NCBI GenBank assembly: GCA_965197865.1
Contig: CBDANZ010000002.1
Location: 72,758-136,757 of the forward strand
Source of the DNA: Vicinamibacterales bacterium
Lineage (GTDB): Bacteria; Acidobacteriota; Vicinamibacteria; Vicinamibacterales; CAVVIG01
Direction: 5' to 3'
DNA: 64,000 nucleotides
The position numbers and the translations under genes were made by a program. The notes beneath the pieces were generated by a model that had not been told where the DNA came from, searched no databases, and saw only the letters and a list, made by a program, of their open reading frames with translations. Shown piece by piece: positions 29,885 to 39,134 of the stretch. Position 1 is the stretch's first letter. Each line of letters opens with the position of its first letter.

Positions 29885-30609
29885 CCAGTGATCATCGGCA
29901 CGAAGCGGACGGGGATCGTGCGCTTCTCGGCGACGCCCTGCGACGTTTTCGTGACGATGGTCATTTCCTGAAACCGCGTGCCGACCGGCAGCACCATCGT
30001 GCCGCCGACGGCAAGCTGTTCGACAAGTGCCGGCGGGATCGTCGGTGGCGCCGCTGTGACAATGATGCGGGGAAATGGCGCGTGAGCGGGCCACCCACGA
30101 TAGCCGTTTCCGGTGAGGACATTGACGTTGCGGTATCCCCTCTCCGCAAGCGTCCGCCGCGCCCGCTCCGCAAGTTCGGGGACGATCTCAATCGTGTAAA
30201 CCTCGCGGACCAGCTCCGCGAGCACCGCAGCCTGATAGCCCGATCCGGTTCCAATCTCCAGAACGGTGAGCTCGGGCGACAACTGCAGCGCTTCGGTCAT
30301 GTAGGCGACGATGAATGGCTGAGAGATGGTCTGGCCCTGGCCGATTGGCAGCGGCGTGTCGTCGTACGCTCGATGTTGGAGGCTCGACGGGACGAACAGG
30401 TGACGCGGCACGCGCGCCATCGCCTCGAGGACCGCCGGGCTGCGGATCCCGCGCGCCCGGATCTGTTCCTCGACCATGCGCAAGCGCGCGGCGGCGTACG
30501 GGTCGGTTCGACCCGCCTGTCGGCCAAGCGACGCCGAGAGCAGCGCACCGCAAGCAAGCGCGCTCGCAACGGCTGCAGCCGCCGACGCTCGACAGAGGCG
30601 CGAGGCCAT
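29881..30609 (-). CDS. pcm: Protein-L-isoaspartate O-methyltransferase with N-terminal signal-like extension
   Basis: QTISQPFIVAYMTEAL, VLEIGTGSGYQAAVLAEL and IIVTAAPPTIPPALVEQLAVGGTMVLPVG. Confidence 0.9.
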   Translation of the reverse strand: MASRLCRASAAAAVASALACGALLSASLGRQAGRTDPYAAARLRMVEEQIRARGIRSPAVLEAMARVPRHLFVPSSLQHRAYDDTPLPIGQGQTISQPFIVAYMTEALQLSPELTVLEIGTGSGYQAAVLAELVREVYTIEIVPELAERARRTLAERGYRNVNVLTGNGYRGWPAHAPFPRIIVTAAPPTIPPALVEQLAVGGTMVLPVGTRFQEMTIVTKTSQGVAEKRTIPVRFVPMITG

Positions 30610-30642
30610 CCCAAGACTAATTGTAAGCTGTGAACCCGCCGT

Positions 30643-30667
30643 GGCGGCCCTAAAAGGACCGCTCTAC
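30643..30667 (-). repeat. REP-like hairpin
   Basis: The minus strand reads GTAGAGCGGTCCTTTTAGGGCCGCC. Confidence 0.55.
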
Positions 30668-30720
30668 AGGTCGTGAAACCGGCCCTTACGGTCTCTTCAG
30701 TAGCCCGCCCAGGTCGCTCT

Positions 30721-32274
30721 TCAATTGTTTCTGTGCCTCCTCTTTCGCGCGGTTCGTGGGGGCGGGCGCTTCACCATGCTGCTGGCGTCAAGGCGGACGC
30801 TCAGGGCACCGGCTGAACCCGAGACAGTGGCCGGGAAGGTGATGCGTCCCCGCTCCTGCGTGTATCGTGCGAGATCGCTGCCGGCCTGCCTGGTGAGCTC
30901 TTCGGAGAGCTGCACCCTGCCCGAAAGGTTGACGGCGCTGCCGTCCAGCTTCGCTGTGCCAGCCGCGTCAATAATGAGGTTGGCTGATTCGAATCGAAGG
31001 TCCTTGGTCGTGGCGGCGCCGTTCGCGACGACGACGGTGGCGCCGAGTCGGGAGAACGGCTCGTCCACGGAGCCGCTTGCCGCCGACGTCGCGGCGCCCG
31101 AGCGCATGGACGTGGCGGTGACGACTGCCCGCGCGAACCCCAACTTTTTCACGACGCCGTCGATGACGTCGATGCGTGCCGTGCCGCGCGCCGTCCTGAT
31201 GGCCATGGCGGGGTCGGCGGCGGTGCCGGTCAGATCAATCTTCCCCGACAGCCGGCCCGTGACCATGAGGGGACTGTCGATAAACGCTGTGGCGGCGGCG
31301 ACGTCGACGACCGACAGCGTCGCGGTCCATCGAAACGTGCTTGCCGAGTCACCTACCCTCAGCGCCAAGGTCCCCTTGGAGCGGCCGCCAAAGAGGCCGA
31401 AGCCGATCGGCTCGACCGTGATCGCCTCGGGAGTGATATGCGCGCGCCCGTTCAGCTTCTCAATTGTCAACGCGCCCAGCGTCGCGCGATCCGCTTCCAC
31501 CGAGAGGGTCATGTTCAGCGCCGAAGGCGTCGGGGGCACGCTCGCGTGGGCCGCCCAAGGCGGAGGAGCCTCTCGGAGCACGCCGTGACTGGCCGCGCGG
31601 ACTCCCACGCCGCCTGAAAAGTCGCCAACGAAGGCGAGGAGCTATTCGACGTTCAACTGCCGAGCCTTGATGCCGAGCTCCTCGGCAGAGGCGTTGAGAT
31701 CGGTGATCCGTCCCGTGGTGCTAATCGTCGTACCCTCGGCCTTGAGCGTGATGTTTCGCAGGGCGAGACCCTGACCTTCCATGGCGGCCTCGATGTCTCC
31801 GCGAAGCGTGCGCCCGCCGCTCACGATTTCTACGTCGGAGAGGACGATGTCGTCGATGGACACAATCGTCACGGGCGGGGCGCTCGGTTCGGTCGCAGAC
31901 GCTGGTGTCGCGGTTTCAAACTGTGTGCCAAGCGGCGGCAGCGGCAGCTCGATGCGCGCGCCAGCCAGACGTAGACCGGCGTGCTCGATACGCCGCGAAA
32001 GCAGTACGCTGACAGCGGTGCCGACGTGCAACGTGTCGATCCGAACCCTCGCGGGCTCACCGACCGTGACCTCGCCGAGGCTTATCGCAACGCGGGGAAA
32101 GATCGTGGCGCTGATACTACCGATGGCTTCCGGGTGCCCGATCGCCTTCGACATCTGTGCCGCGGCCAGCGTGCGAACGCTGTCGCAGGCCAAAATCGCC
32201 TGCGCCCAGAAAAAGACACCGCACACCGTGAGGAGCACGAACACGGCGACGCCGATTAGGATGTTCTTGCGCAT
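30721..32274 (-). pseudogene. AsmA-family protein interrupted by one in-frame TAG (31642..31644)
   Basis: ORFs 31642..32274 (N-terminal TM plus AsmA N-domain) and 30721..31608 (AsmA C-region, GRLSGKIDLTG...IDVIDGVVKKLGF) are in the same frame (offset 36 nt). Only this single stop separates them, and the sequence after it stays open (LLAFVGDFSGGVGV...). Confidence 0.7.
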
Positions 32275-32715
32275 CTGTGATGACTCTCTTGGGGGTCCCT
32301 CAGACGAAACCGTTCTTCCCGGCTATCGGCAGACCGACTCGGTCGCGACAGGCTGCTCGAAACGGCGAATGCCGCAGATCGACGATAGGGAGTCGACCTC
32401 TGTTGGCCCGACCTTGAGGTCGAGCGTGGCGGTGCTCTACCTCCTGGTGCGCGGCAGGCCGGAATCTCGTATTTCATGCGTCGAAGCTTGAACGGCGCGG
32501 ACTGAGCGCTTCGACTCGAGGGTAGGTGGCTTGCAAATCAAGCCAGGAGCCGGGGTGACCCGGTAGCGATGCATGCGGGACTAATCAGAAACGAGGTGTC
32601 GTGTGAAAACCATATTGTCTGGTGTCCTGGTGGGGGCGTTCAAGCCGTCGCCACGAAAAGACAGAGCGAAGGCCGCCTGCGTCGGGCAGATGTTTCGGCG
32701 GACGCCGCGACGACA

Positions 32716-33633
32716 TCAAGATACGGCAGGGATCGTGAGATCCTGAACCGCCGCGAGCGGCGCTTTTTCGGAGCCCGTGTAGACGACACTCACGGCGGTC
32801 GTTGCACCGGGACGGACGCGCACCGGTTGGGTGAGGGTGCCGTACCGCTCGTGCCAAGTCTGGATGTCGTAGGTTCCGACCGGCACGTTTGCAATCTTGA
32901 AGGTACCGTCGGTGCCGGTGACAGCGAAGTGCGGATGACTGACCACGCCGATGTACGCCGTCATCCACCGATGAAGGTCACACTTGAGTTGCAGCATGCC
33001 CTCTTCATCCTTCAGCGTGTAGTCGTAGACCATGTCGGCGACTGGCTGGCCGATGTTGAAGTCGTTGTTGCCGCTCCTTGAGACGGTACGCACGTTGTGC
33101 AGGAGCTGATCGCTGTTATGGACTCGCACCGTCTGGCCCACTTGCGCCCCGACCACGCGCGGCACATAGATGCACCCGCGTTGATCGATCGTCACGGCCT
33201 CGGTTGGCATCGGCAGGGGAGGAAACGTTCCCTGCAGACTCACGAAAATATTGGCCAGGCCGCCGTCGGCGTCCACCAGCGCGGCCTCTTGGATCCGTCG
33301 CTTGCCAGCGTTGATCCGAGAGCACATGGGATCAACGCCCATCCTAATGACGGTGTTGCCTGGCGCCTTTCCGGTCCATCGAACCTGGCCGGTGATGGTG
33401 CCGACGTCTGTCAATGGGGCCGCCGCACTGGGCTGTCCGCCACGGGGAGCGGTCGGCGGTATCTGCTGGGTGGGCTCGGCGTCCGATTGTGGCAGCGGCG
33501 GCTGCCCGGTGGCAGCTGGCGCGTTCTCCGGCTGTTCTCGTTCGGGCTGTTTACTCCTGCACGCGCTGCCGCAAACAAGTGCCACGAGTGCGAGAAGAAC
33601 ACCGATGCATCGCACCTCGACAGATCGTCGCAT
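32716..33633 (-). CDS. Secreted, possibly lipidated cupredoxin-like protein flanked by carboxypeptidase-regulatory-like beta domains (MauL-like)
   Basis: Signal ends in GSAC. The candidate type-1 Cu ligand pattern is VHNSDQLLHN...LKCDLHRWM (H...C-x2-H-x2-M). The C-terminal region GTDGTFKIANVPVGTYDIQTWHERYG is CarboxypepD_reg-like. Confidence 0.6.
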   Translation of the reverse strand: MRRSVEVRCIGVLLALVALVCGSACRSKQPEREQPENAPAATGQPPLPQSDAEPTQQIPPTAPRGGQPSAAAPLTDVGTITGQVRWTGKAPGNTVIRMGVDPMCSRINAGKRRIQEAALVDADGGLANIFVSLQGTFPPLPMPTEAVTIDQRGCIYVPRVVGAQVGQTVRVHNSDQLLHNVRTVSRSGNNDFNIGQPVADMVYDYTLKDEEGMLQLKCDLHRWMTAYIGVVSHPHFAVTGTDGTFKIANVPVGTYDIQTWHERYGTLTQPVRVRPGATTAVSVVYTGSEKAPLAAVQDLTIPAVS

Positions 33634-33665
33634 TAGTCACCTCAGTCGGAACATGTCGGGCCGCC

Positions 33666-34016
33666 TCACACATAGACGCACCCGCGCTGGTCGACGACGA
33701 CCGGCTTGCTCGGAGCCGGTCCGGGCGGCAACGACCCCTGCACCCTTAGGAAGACATTGGCCAGACCGCCGTCCGCACTCGTCACGACGGCTTCCTGAAT
33801 GACTCGCTTTCCCGCATTGATTTTGGCGCACATCGGATCGACACGCGTCCTGATGACCACGTTGCCGGGCGTCTTTCCGCTCAGAGCTACGCGGCCCTTG
33901 ATGGTGCTAACGCCTGCCGATTGGGCGGATGTACGGGGAGGCCAACTCGCGAGGCCGCCGGCAGCAACGAGCGCCGTGACGATCGAATGGAGAGTGCGCC
34001 TCGTTGTGCCGATCAT
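33666..34016 (-). CDS. Truncated paralogue of the N-terminal domain of the downstream cupredoxin-like protein
   Basis: STIKGRVALSGKTPGNVVIRTRVDPMCAKINAGKRVIQEAVVTSADGGLANVFLRVQGSLPP...VVVDQRGCVYV then stop. This aligns with residues of 32716..33633 up to DQRGCIYV. The ATGA overlaps the upstream cytochrome stop. Confidence 0.55.
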   Translation of the reverse strand: MIGTTRRTLHSIVTALVAAGGLASWPPRTSAQSAGVSTIKGRVALSGKTPGNVVIRTRVDPMCAKINAGKRVIQEAVVTSADGGLANVFLRVQGSLPPGPAPSKPVVVDQRGCVYV

Positions 34017-34603
34017 GGGGCGCTGGGTCCGTACCCAGGCGGGAGCGGCTGGTCTGGATACCAGTAATGCGAATGGCAGCTTTCGCAGGCCATCTCCATC
34101 CCGTCGCCGGCGTCCACGATCGCTTCCGGATCCTTCCTTTCGATCGCCTGCAGTGCCACTAAGGTCGCGTCGTGAAGCGCCTTCGCCATTCTGTTCCACG
34201 TCTCCCTGTCCTTGTTGATGTTGGTCTCGATCTCTTCGGGCTCCAGCTCGACACCGGGGGTTTCAGACTTTTCTCCCGGTCGGGCGACGCGGCGACCGGG
34301 CATCATGAGCAGGTTGGCCGCTTCTGCGAGTCTGATCGCGCCGCCGCGTACGTTGAGCCAGTCCTCGTCGGTTTGGGGGACCTGTTCCTCGATTCCCTTC
34401 TCGCTCACCACTGTGACAACAGACGTCCAAACGACGTCCGCAGCTGGATCGACGATCGAGACCATGAGGTCCTTGATCGTGGCGGTCGGCGTGTACTCCG
34501 GCTGCTGAGGCTCCTGCTGTCGGCCCCGGCACGCGCTGCCGAAAAACAGGGACACACTGAAAAGCACAACGCCCAAGAGGAGAAGCCAAGAAAACCTTTG
34601 CAT
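34013..34603 (-). CDS. Class-II-like c-type cytochrome (single C-terminal CxxCH)
   Basis: Start chosen at MQRFSWLLLLGVVLFSVSLFFGSAC. The heme motif CESCH lies near the C-terminus (MEMACESCHSHYW). Confidence 0.65.
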   Translation of the reverse strand: MQRFSWLLLLGVVLFSVSLFFGSACRGRQQEPQQPEYTPTATIKDLMVSIVDPAADVVWTSVVTVVSEKGIEEQVPQTDEDWLNVRGGAIRLAEAANLLMMPGRRVARPGEKSETPGVELEPEEIETNINKDRETWNRMAKALHDATLVALQAIERKDPEAIVDAGDGMEMACESCHSHYWYPDQPLPPGYGPSAP

Positions 34604-34891
34604 ATGCTGCCTCTGCTCAAGTGAAGTTAGCCGCAAAACAGTTAGCCGCAAGATGAGTCGTGCGCCTATCGTACCCCGAGTCAATCCTCGAGGTACTAGT
34701 GAATCTTCCTGACGAAGTCTTCAGAGACAACGCCTACCGCGCGGCTCAGGAGGGCGAGTTCTCACCTCGAGTAGCAACGGTGTGGCAAGGTTCCCACTGA
34801 GTGTGCTCACGTCTGTCGAAGCGCCATCCGGTACGAAGCGGTGTCTAAGTCAAGCTAGAAAGGTGATGGTGCACCGACCAAGAGGTGGAAG

Positions 34892-35749
34892 ATGCCAGAT
34901 GCATGGGATGACGAGGTTCTGAAACGGAGCGATGACCTCCGCGACCCGAAGCCTAGCGGGCGCCCTGCAGGACTCTGGGTCGTCGTCGCGGTGTTGATGG
35001 CGGCGGCCGCCATCACTGCCTACGTGGTCTTCAGCGGGCGACCGGCGTCAGAAGGGATGACGACAACGGTCGAAGTGCCTGAACCGGTCGCCGCGGAGGT
35101 GCCTGTTCAACCGCTCGGCAGCGACACGGCGCCGATCGACCTTCCGCCGCTCGATGAGAGCGATGTTATCGTCCGCGAGATGGTTCGGGCGCTTTCCGGG
35201 CACCCGCAGGTGGCGGCGTGGCTCGCAACCGACGGCCTGATTCGCAATTTCACCGTGGTAGTCGCGAACATCGCGGAAGGGAAGACGCCCGCTCCGGTGT
35301 TGCGGGCGTTACGGCCGTCCGCCGGCTTCCGTGTGACCGAGCTCGGCGACAACCTCTACATTGATCCCCGGAGCTACGAGCGATACACCGGGTTTGCTGA
35401 AGGCGTGGCGTCGATTGATCCAGCTGGGAGCACGCGACTCTATGCGCTGCTCAAGCCGCGCATCGAGGAGGCGTATGCCGAGCTCGGCTATCCAGACAGG
35501 CCCTTCGACCGCACGTTCGAACGCGCGATTGTGGCACTGCTCGAACCTCCCGTGCCAGACGGTCTGATCCGCGTGGAGCCCCGAGGCATCGGCTATGGGT
35601 TCGACGATAGACGATTGCAGGCTCTGACAGCCGCGGAGAAACAGCTCCTGCGCATGGGACCAGAGAATGCTCGCACCGTTCAGCGGAAGCTCCACGAGAT
35701 CGCGCTGGCCCTCAACATTCCGGCCGAACGGCTGCCAGTGTCAGAATGA
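34892..35749 (+). CDS. DUF3014-like membrane-anchored protein
   Basis: One TM segment (LWVVVAVLMAAAAITAYVVF). LPPLDESDVIVREMV..LSGHPQVAAWLATDGLIRNFTVVVANIAEG and AYAELGYPDRPFD match the remembered DUF3014 pattern. Confidence 0.6.
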   Translation: MPDAWDDEVLKRSDDLRDPKPSGRPAGLWVVVAVLMAAAAITAYVVFSGRPASEGMTTTVEVPEPVAAEVPVQPLGSDTAPIDLPPLDESDVIVREMVRALSGHPQVAAWLATDGLIRNFTVVVANIAEGKTPAPVLRALRPSAGFRVTELGDNLYIDPRSYERYTGFAEGVASIDPAGSTRLYALLKPRIEEAYAELGYPDRPFDRTFERAIVALLEPPVPDGLIRVEPRGIGYGFDDRRLQALTAAEKQLLRMGPENARTVQRKLHEIALALNIPAERLPVSE

Positions 35750-35981
35750 TCCCCGGGGTCGCCCTCGAGCACGACGCTGTCAGATCGTCCGTTGCTGCCA
35801 GACAACTGGCCCTTCACGGGTCGGGCTCAAGCGGACATGGCCGATAGTTAACGGCGGGACGACCAGATGTTTTCCGAGACCGAAAAGGGGACCGTCGGAG
35901 GGCCAGTTTGCTCATGGTCTGAGCCGCCGCCTAGGCGAAGATCGGAGGGGGGCTGAGACAGCGTCCGATTTGAGGATCCGT

Positions 35982-36628
35982 TCAGGCCCCGGGCGGCGGG
36001 GCTTGCTCGTCGAAGTGGTGATACCAGTGGGCACCGCTGCAGAATGGTTTGTTCTTGCTTCGCCCGCACCGGCAGAGATGGAAGTGCTCACGTGACGCGC
36101 CCTCGCCCCACTCAACCCCCGGCAACTCGGCGCCGCCCTTGACTGCGTAGGGGCCATTCGGCGCGATCAGAATCATCGGATCGCTGTCGCGATCACGGTG
36201 CTCGACGCCATCGATCGAATAACTGAGCGCACCGGAGGGCACTGTGCGACGGTCGCGATGATCGCGTCCACACTGTCGCCGCGGGGATCGATCCACGGCT
36301 CCTGGCGCATCCGGAACGCTGCCTTCAGGGTGTCTGTGCAACGAGCCGAGTGGGCACAAATGCCGCGATTGTCGTGAATGGTGATTCGCGCGCCGACATA
36401 GGCTTCGCGCTGGTCCGGCACTCTGTCTGGCTCCTCGTCGCCGCTGAAGCCGTTCGTCTTGTGCGTGCCATCGCAGTACGGCTTGTTCTTCGAGCCCCCG
36501 CACCGGCACAACGCGAGCCTTCCCTCTGACTGGTATACCTTGCCGTCGGGGAGCCCCTTGAGCATCCGGTAGTCGGCGACAAGTAGCGGCCCGTTCTCGC
36601 TCGGCGTGATCGTTGGGATATCGCTCAT
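35982..36628 (-). pseudogene. CDGSH iron-sulfur protein (CDGSH, divergent 4Fe-4S mono-cluster, CDGSH), 1-nt frameshift
   Basis: The N-terminal part (36173..36628) has CRCGGSKNKPYCDGTH and ICAHSARC. The C-terminal part is in another frame (SGALSYSIDGVEH...CRCGRSKNKPFCSGAHW). The join is at TGCCCTCCGGT (about 36234..36240). The span is 647 nt, one short of a multiple of 3. Confidence 0.7.
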
Positions 36629-36789
36629 CGTAGTCTACCCATGGCAGTCTACTCCAGGGGGAGACTGTGCCGAAAGCCATGACCCAGCTCAGCAGCCAGT
36701 GATTCGTGACAGCCACCGATGGGCTGTGGCAGATGACACCCGGAGCCGACCTAGCGCGCGCCGCCACCGGCGTCGATCACGTGCCGGTG

Positions 36790-36910
36790 TCGCGGATCGG
36801 CCGCGCCTGCTCAGTGACAACGGGCCGTGCTACCTCTCGGCCCAGCTCGCGACGTATCCCGACACACACGGGCTGCCCCCCCCGCGGAGTGTGCCGTACC
36901 ATCCGATGCC
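36790..36910 (+). pseudogene. rve (DDE integrase-core) transposase fragment cut by the MITE
   Basis: LLSDNGPCYLSAQLATYPDTHGLPPPRSVPYHPMP resembles the DNG..Y.S..F......G......RPYHPQT core region. It ends at the CTAG of the MITE insertion. Confidence 0.5.
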
Positions 36911-36922
36911 CTAGCAGTCCGT

Positions 36923-37174
36923 ATATGGACTCCTCCCGGTGATCAAGCGAGTGGGTCGTGACGGTCGGTCCTTCGCGTCGGTTGCGGTCGTATATCCGGC
37001 CTGTCCGTGGAGAGCCTTTGCCTCCTGGCCAACATGGATAGTCGCGCACCGCGGGCCAATCGTGGTGCCGGCGTCGAGCGCCAGGGCTGCTATCGGCCTG
37101 ATGCGGTGTCGGTCGGACCGAAGGGCCATGTCAGGGTCACTCGCTCAGCATCTCGCGTGGAGGTGTAGCTCGGG
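36923..37174 (-). ncRNA. Hypothetical bridge/guide RNA region (copy 2 equivalent of 987..1238)
   Basis: Same sequence as copy 1's right end; see feature 987..1238. Confidence 0.25.
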
Positions 37175-38215
37175 TTACGCCGCGTCCGGCAGTGCGCAGG
37201 GCACATCCTTGTGCCAAACCGCCCAAACGAGTCGGCCGAGTTTGTTCGCCACGGCAATCGTGGCTTTGTTGTAGCCGCGCCGCGCGTGCACCGTCATCGC
37301 CCAGTGGTGCAGACGCGTGAGGGGCTGCTGGGCCGCCCGGCGCCGGTGGGCCGACGCGAGCACCGCGCGCGCGCCGTGGGTGAGTAAGCACCGGAGATAC
37401 ACGTCCCCGCGTTTACTGATCCCCCCGAGGCGCCGCCGCTGCCCACTCGAGTACTCGCGCGGCGTCAGGCCGAGCCAGCTGGCAAACTGGCGCGCGCGCC
37501 GGAATGCGTGGATGTGCCCGACGGTGCCGACGAGGGCCGTGGCGGTCAACAGCCCAATCCCGGGAATCGTCCGCAGTCGCATCACGACGGGGTCGGCGTC
37601 GGCCAGGGCGCGCAATTCCCGTTCCAGGCCGGCAATCCGAGCCTCAATCGCCCGCACTTCCTCGTGGACGCTCGTGAGCACCTGCCGCAGATGCCTCGGC
37701 AACACGGTGGCCGCCTCGTCGAGCAGCACAGGCAAGGCCCGCAGCGCCGCACAGGCCCCCGCCGGCAGCAGCAGCCCCTGTTCCCGCAAGAGCCCGCGTA
37801 ACACATTGATGCGCGCCGTCCGCGTCGTCATCCACTGCTCGCGCACCCGGTGCAGCGCCACGAGCGCTTGCTGCTCGACCCGCTTCACCGGGACACGGGG
37901 TATCTCGCCCGACCGGATCGCCTCGCGGATCGCCTCCGCATCCGCCCGGTCCGTCTTGTTGCGCCGCACGTAGGGCCGCACGTACGCCGGGGGCACGAGG
38001 GTGACGCGATGGCCGTGTTGCTGGGCAACCCGCCCCCAGTAGTGGGCGGTGCCACACGCCTCCATCACCACATGGGTCGGCGGCGTCTGCGCGAGAAAGC
38101 GGGCGAACCGTGCGCGGTTGAGTCGCTGGCGCGACCACACGCGCCACCGGGCATTGGCGATCGCCAGCTCGAACACGGACTTTGCCAGGTCAACGGCCAC
38201 TGTCGTAGCATCCAT
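37175..38215 (-). CDS. IS110-family DEDD transposase/recombinase (346 aa)
   Basis: Start at MDATTVAVDLAKSVFELAIA, preceded by AGGAGG. The C-terminal region IPGIGLLTATALVGTVG....F...RQFASWLGLTPREYSSG matches the Transposase_20 pattern. Confidence 0.9.
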   Translation of the reverse strand: MDATTVAVDLAKSVFELAIANARWRVWSRQRLNRARFARFLAQTPPTHVVMEACGTAHYWGRVAQQHGHRVTLVPPAYVRPYVRRNKTDRADAEAIREAIRSGEIPRVPVKRVEQQALVALHRVREQWMTTRTARINVLRGLLREQGLLLPAGACAALRALPVLLDEAATVLPRHLRQVLTSVHEEVRAIEARIAGLERELRALADADPVVMRLRTIPGIGLLTATALVGTVGHIHAFRRARQFASWLGLTPREYSSGQRRRLGGISKRGDVYLRCLLTHGARAVLASAHRRRAAQQPLTRLHHWAMTVHARRGYNKATIAVANKLGRLVWAVWHKDVPCALPDAA

Positions 38216-38826
38216 TTCGGTTTCCTCCTGGTTGTGGCTGATGGGCATCAGCTGATGCGGCACATCATGCCGCATCGGAACCGGGAGGAGTCCATACCAT
38301 CATGGTGAAAGTCGGGCGCTGCACCGAGACGAGCGAGGCGCCTCGCGGGCAAGGCGCGACGACCGAGAATACCGCCTGTATTTGATGGAGGAGCAACGCA
38401 GGCCACGAGGATGCATCGCTCGTCGAATGCAGACGGACTTTCACCACGGACTGCTAGCCTTTTGTTCATGGCATTTCTCCGTTCAAAGTGCATGAGCGAT
38501 CTTCGCGCGATGCGGGTGCCCTTGCTCGATCTTCTGCCACTCTCTTTGCATAATTTCACCCAGGATTTCCGGTTTGCCTGCCCCGAACACGCCGATACAA
38601 TACCCACAACCGACTGCCACCGAATCTTCCAGTCGCGGCCCCTCCCGTACCTTGAACGCCAGCCCCGTGACCTGTCCCGAGCCGGAATCGACTGGAGACA
38701 GCTCGGTTCCATCGGGTCCAGGGTCGATTTACGGCACCACCAAGACGCCTCCCCCCGATCGAGTCCTCTCGGTTCCCCCTGATACCACCCCAGTCGGGGA
38801 GATATAGGGGAGACAACACTTCGGTA

Positions 38827-38874
38827 GGTCGTGAATCGCAGGTCGTTGGTTATTAGGATCCACGATTCACGACC
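38827..38874. repeat. 12-bp perfect inverted repeat with GTAG head
   Basis: GGTCGTGAATCG (38827..38838) and CGATTCACGACC (38863..38874) are separated by 24 nt. The left arm is preceded by GTA, so GTAG overlaps its first base. Confidence 0.6.
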
Positions 38875-39134
38875 CTGGAAGGACGCCCCCCTGGCTAGTT
38901 TCCGGTCGTCGCCGTCGGCCAGCCTTCGTCGATCGGCTTCGACGGATGCGCAGTGATTTGCAGGTCAGCGCAGTGGTGGTAGGAATAGCCGCCCGGCTCT
39001 TGGCTACAAGGAAAGGAATACGGACTGCCCGATTCGCTCTTTACCTGGAATCACGTAACCGTATCCTCAGATAGCCACTTACCTTAGTTTGACCTGGCTG
39101 GTCAGGGAGGCAGTCTGACGGAATAATTAACAGC

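Larger units (their letters stand above)
36923..38303 (-). mobile_element. IS110-family (IS1111-like) insertion sequence, copy 2, complete (1381 bp)
   Basis: 17-bp subterminal inverted repeats lie at TATGGACTCCTCCCGGT (36925..36941) and ACCGGGAGGAGTCCATA (38282..38298). The right end was fixed by comparison with copy 1 and the left end by reconstruction of the MITE TIR. The 5' leader is 88 nt and the 3' non-coding end is 252 nt. Confidence 0.8.
36911..38457. mobile_element. 158-bp IS5-type MITE with CTAG target duplications, split by the IS1111-like element
   Basis: CTAG lies at 36911..36914 and 38454..38457. The MITE body is 36915..36922 plus 38304..38453. Rejoining gives the left TIR CAGTCCGT|GGTGAAAGTC, identical over 18 nt to the reverse complement of the right TIR (38436..38453). 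The TIR differs by 1 nt from the IS5-like IRL CAGCCCGTGGTGAAAGTC. Confidence 0.7.

Noticed and set aside
31642-31644. Amber codon in AsmA, and the TGA in the IS256 type c transposase, considered as programmed recoding (pyrrolysine or selenocysteine).
   Set aside because: No recoding element (PYLIS- or SECIS-like hairpin) was noticed downstream, and no supporting machinery is in the window. A simple nonsense mutation or sequencing error is more parsimonious.
36911-38457. First interpretation: the whole 1547-bp stretch is one IS110-family element with 12-bp terminal IRs CTAGCAGTCCGT/ACGGACTGCTAG.
   Set aside because: The outer 12 nt plus 38304..38457 reconstruct a MITE. Its TIR matches the IS5-like element ends and it has its own CTAG duplication. 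The 1381-bp core with subterminal IRs fits the IS1111 layout better.
38486-38740. Start-less minus-strand reading …VTGLAFKVREGPRLEDSVAVGCGYCIGVFGAGKPEILGEIMQREWQKIEQGHPHRAKIAHAL next to the MITE.
   Set aside because: It looks protein-like (CxxC), but it has no start codon, the upstream is closed by TAA, and I cannot place the family. It is probably another gene remnant.
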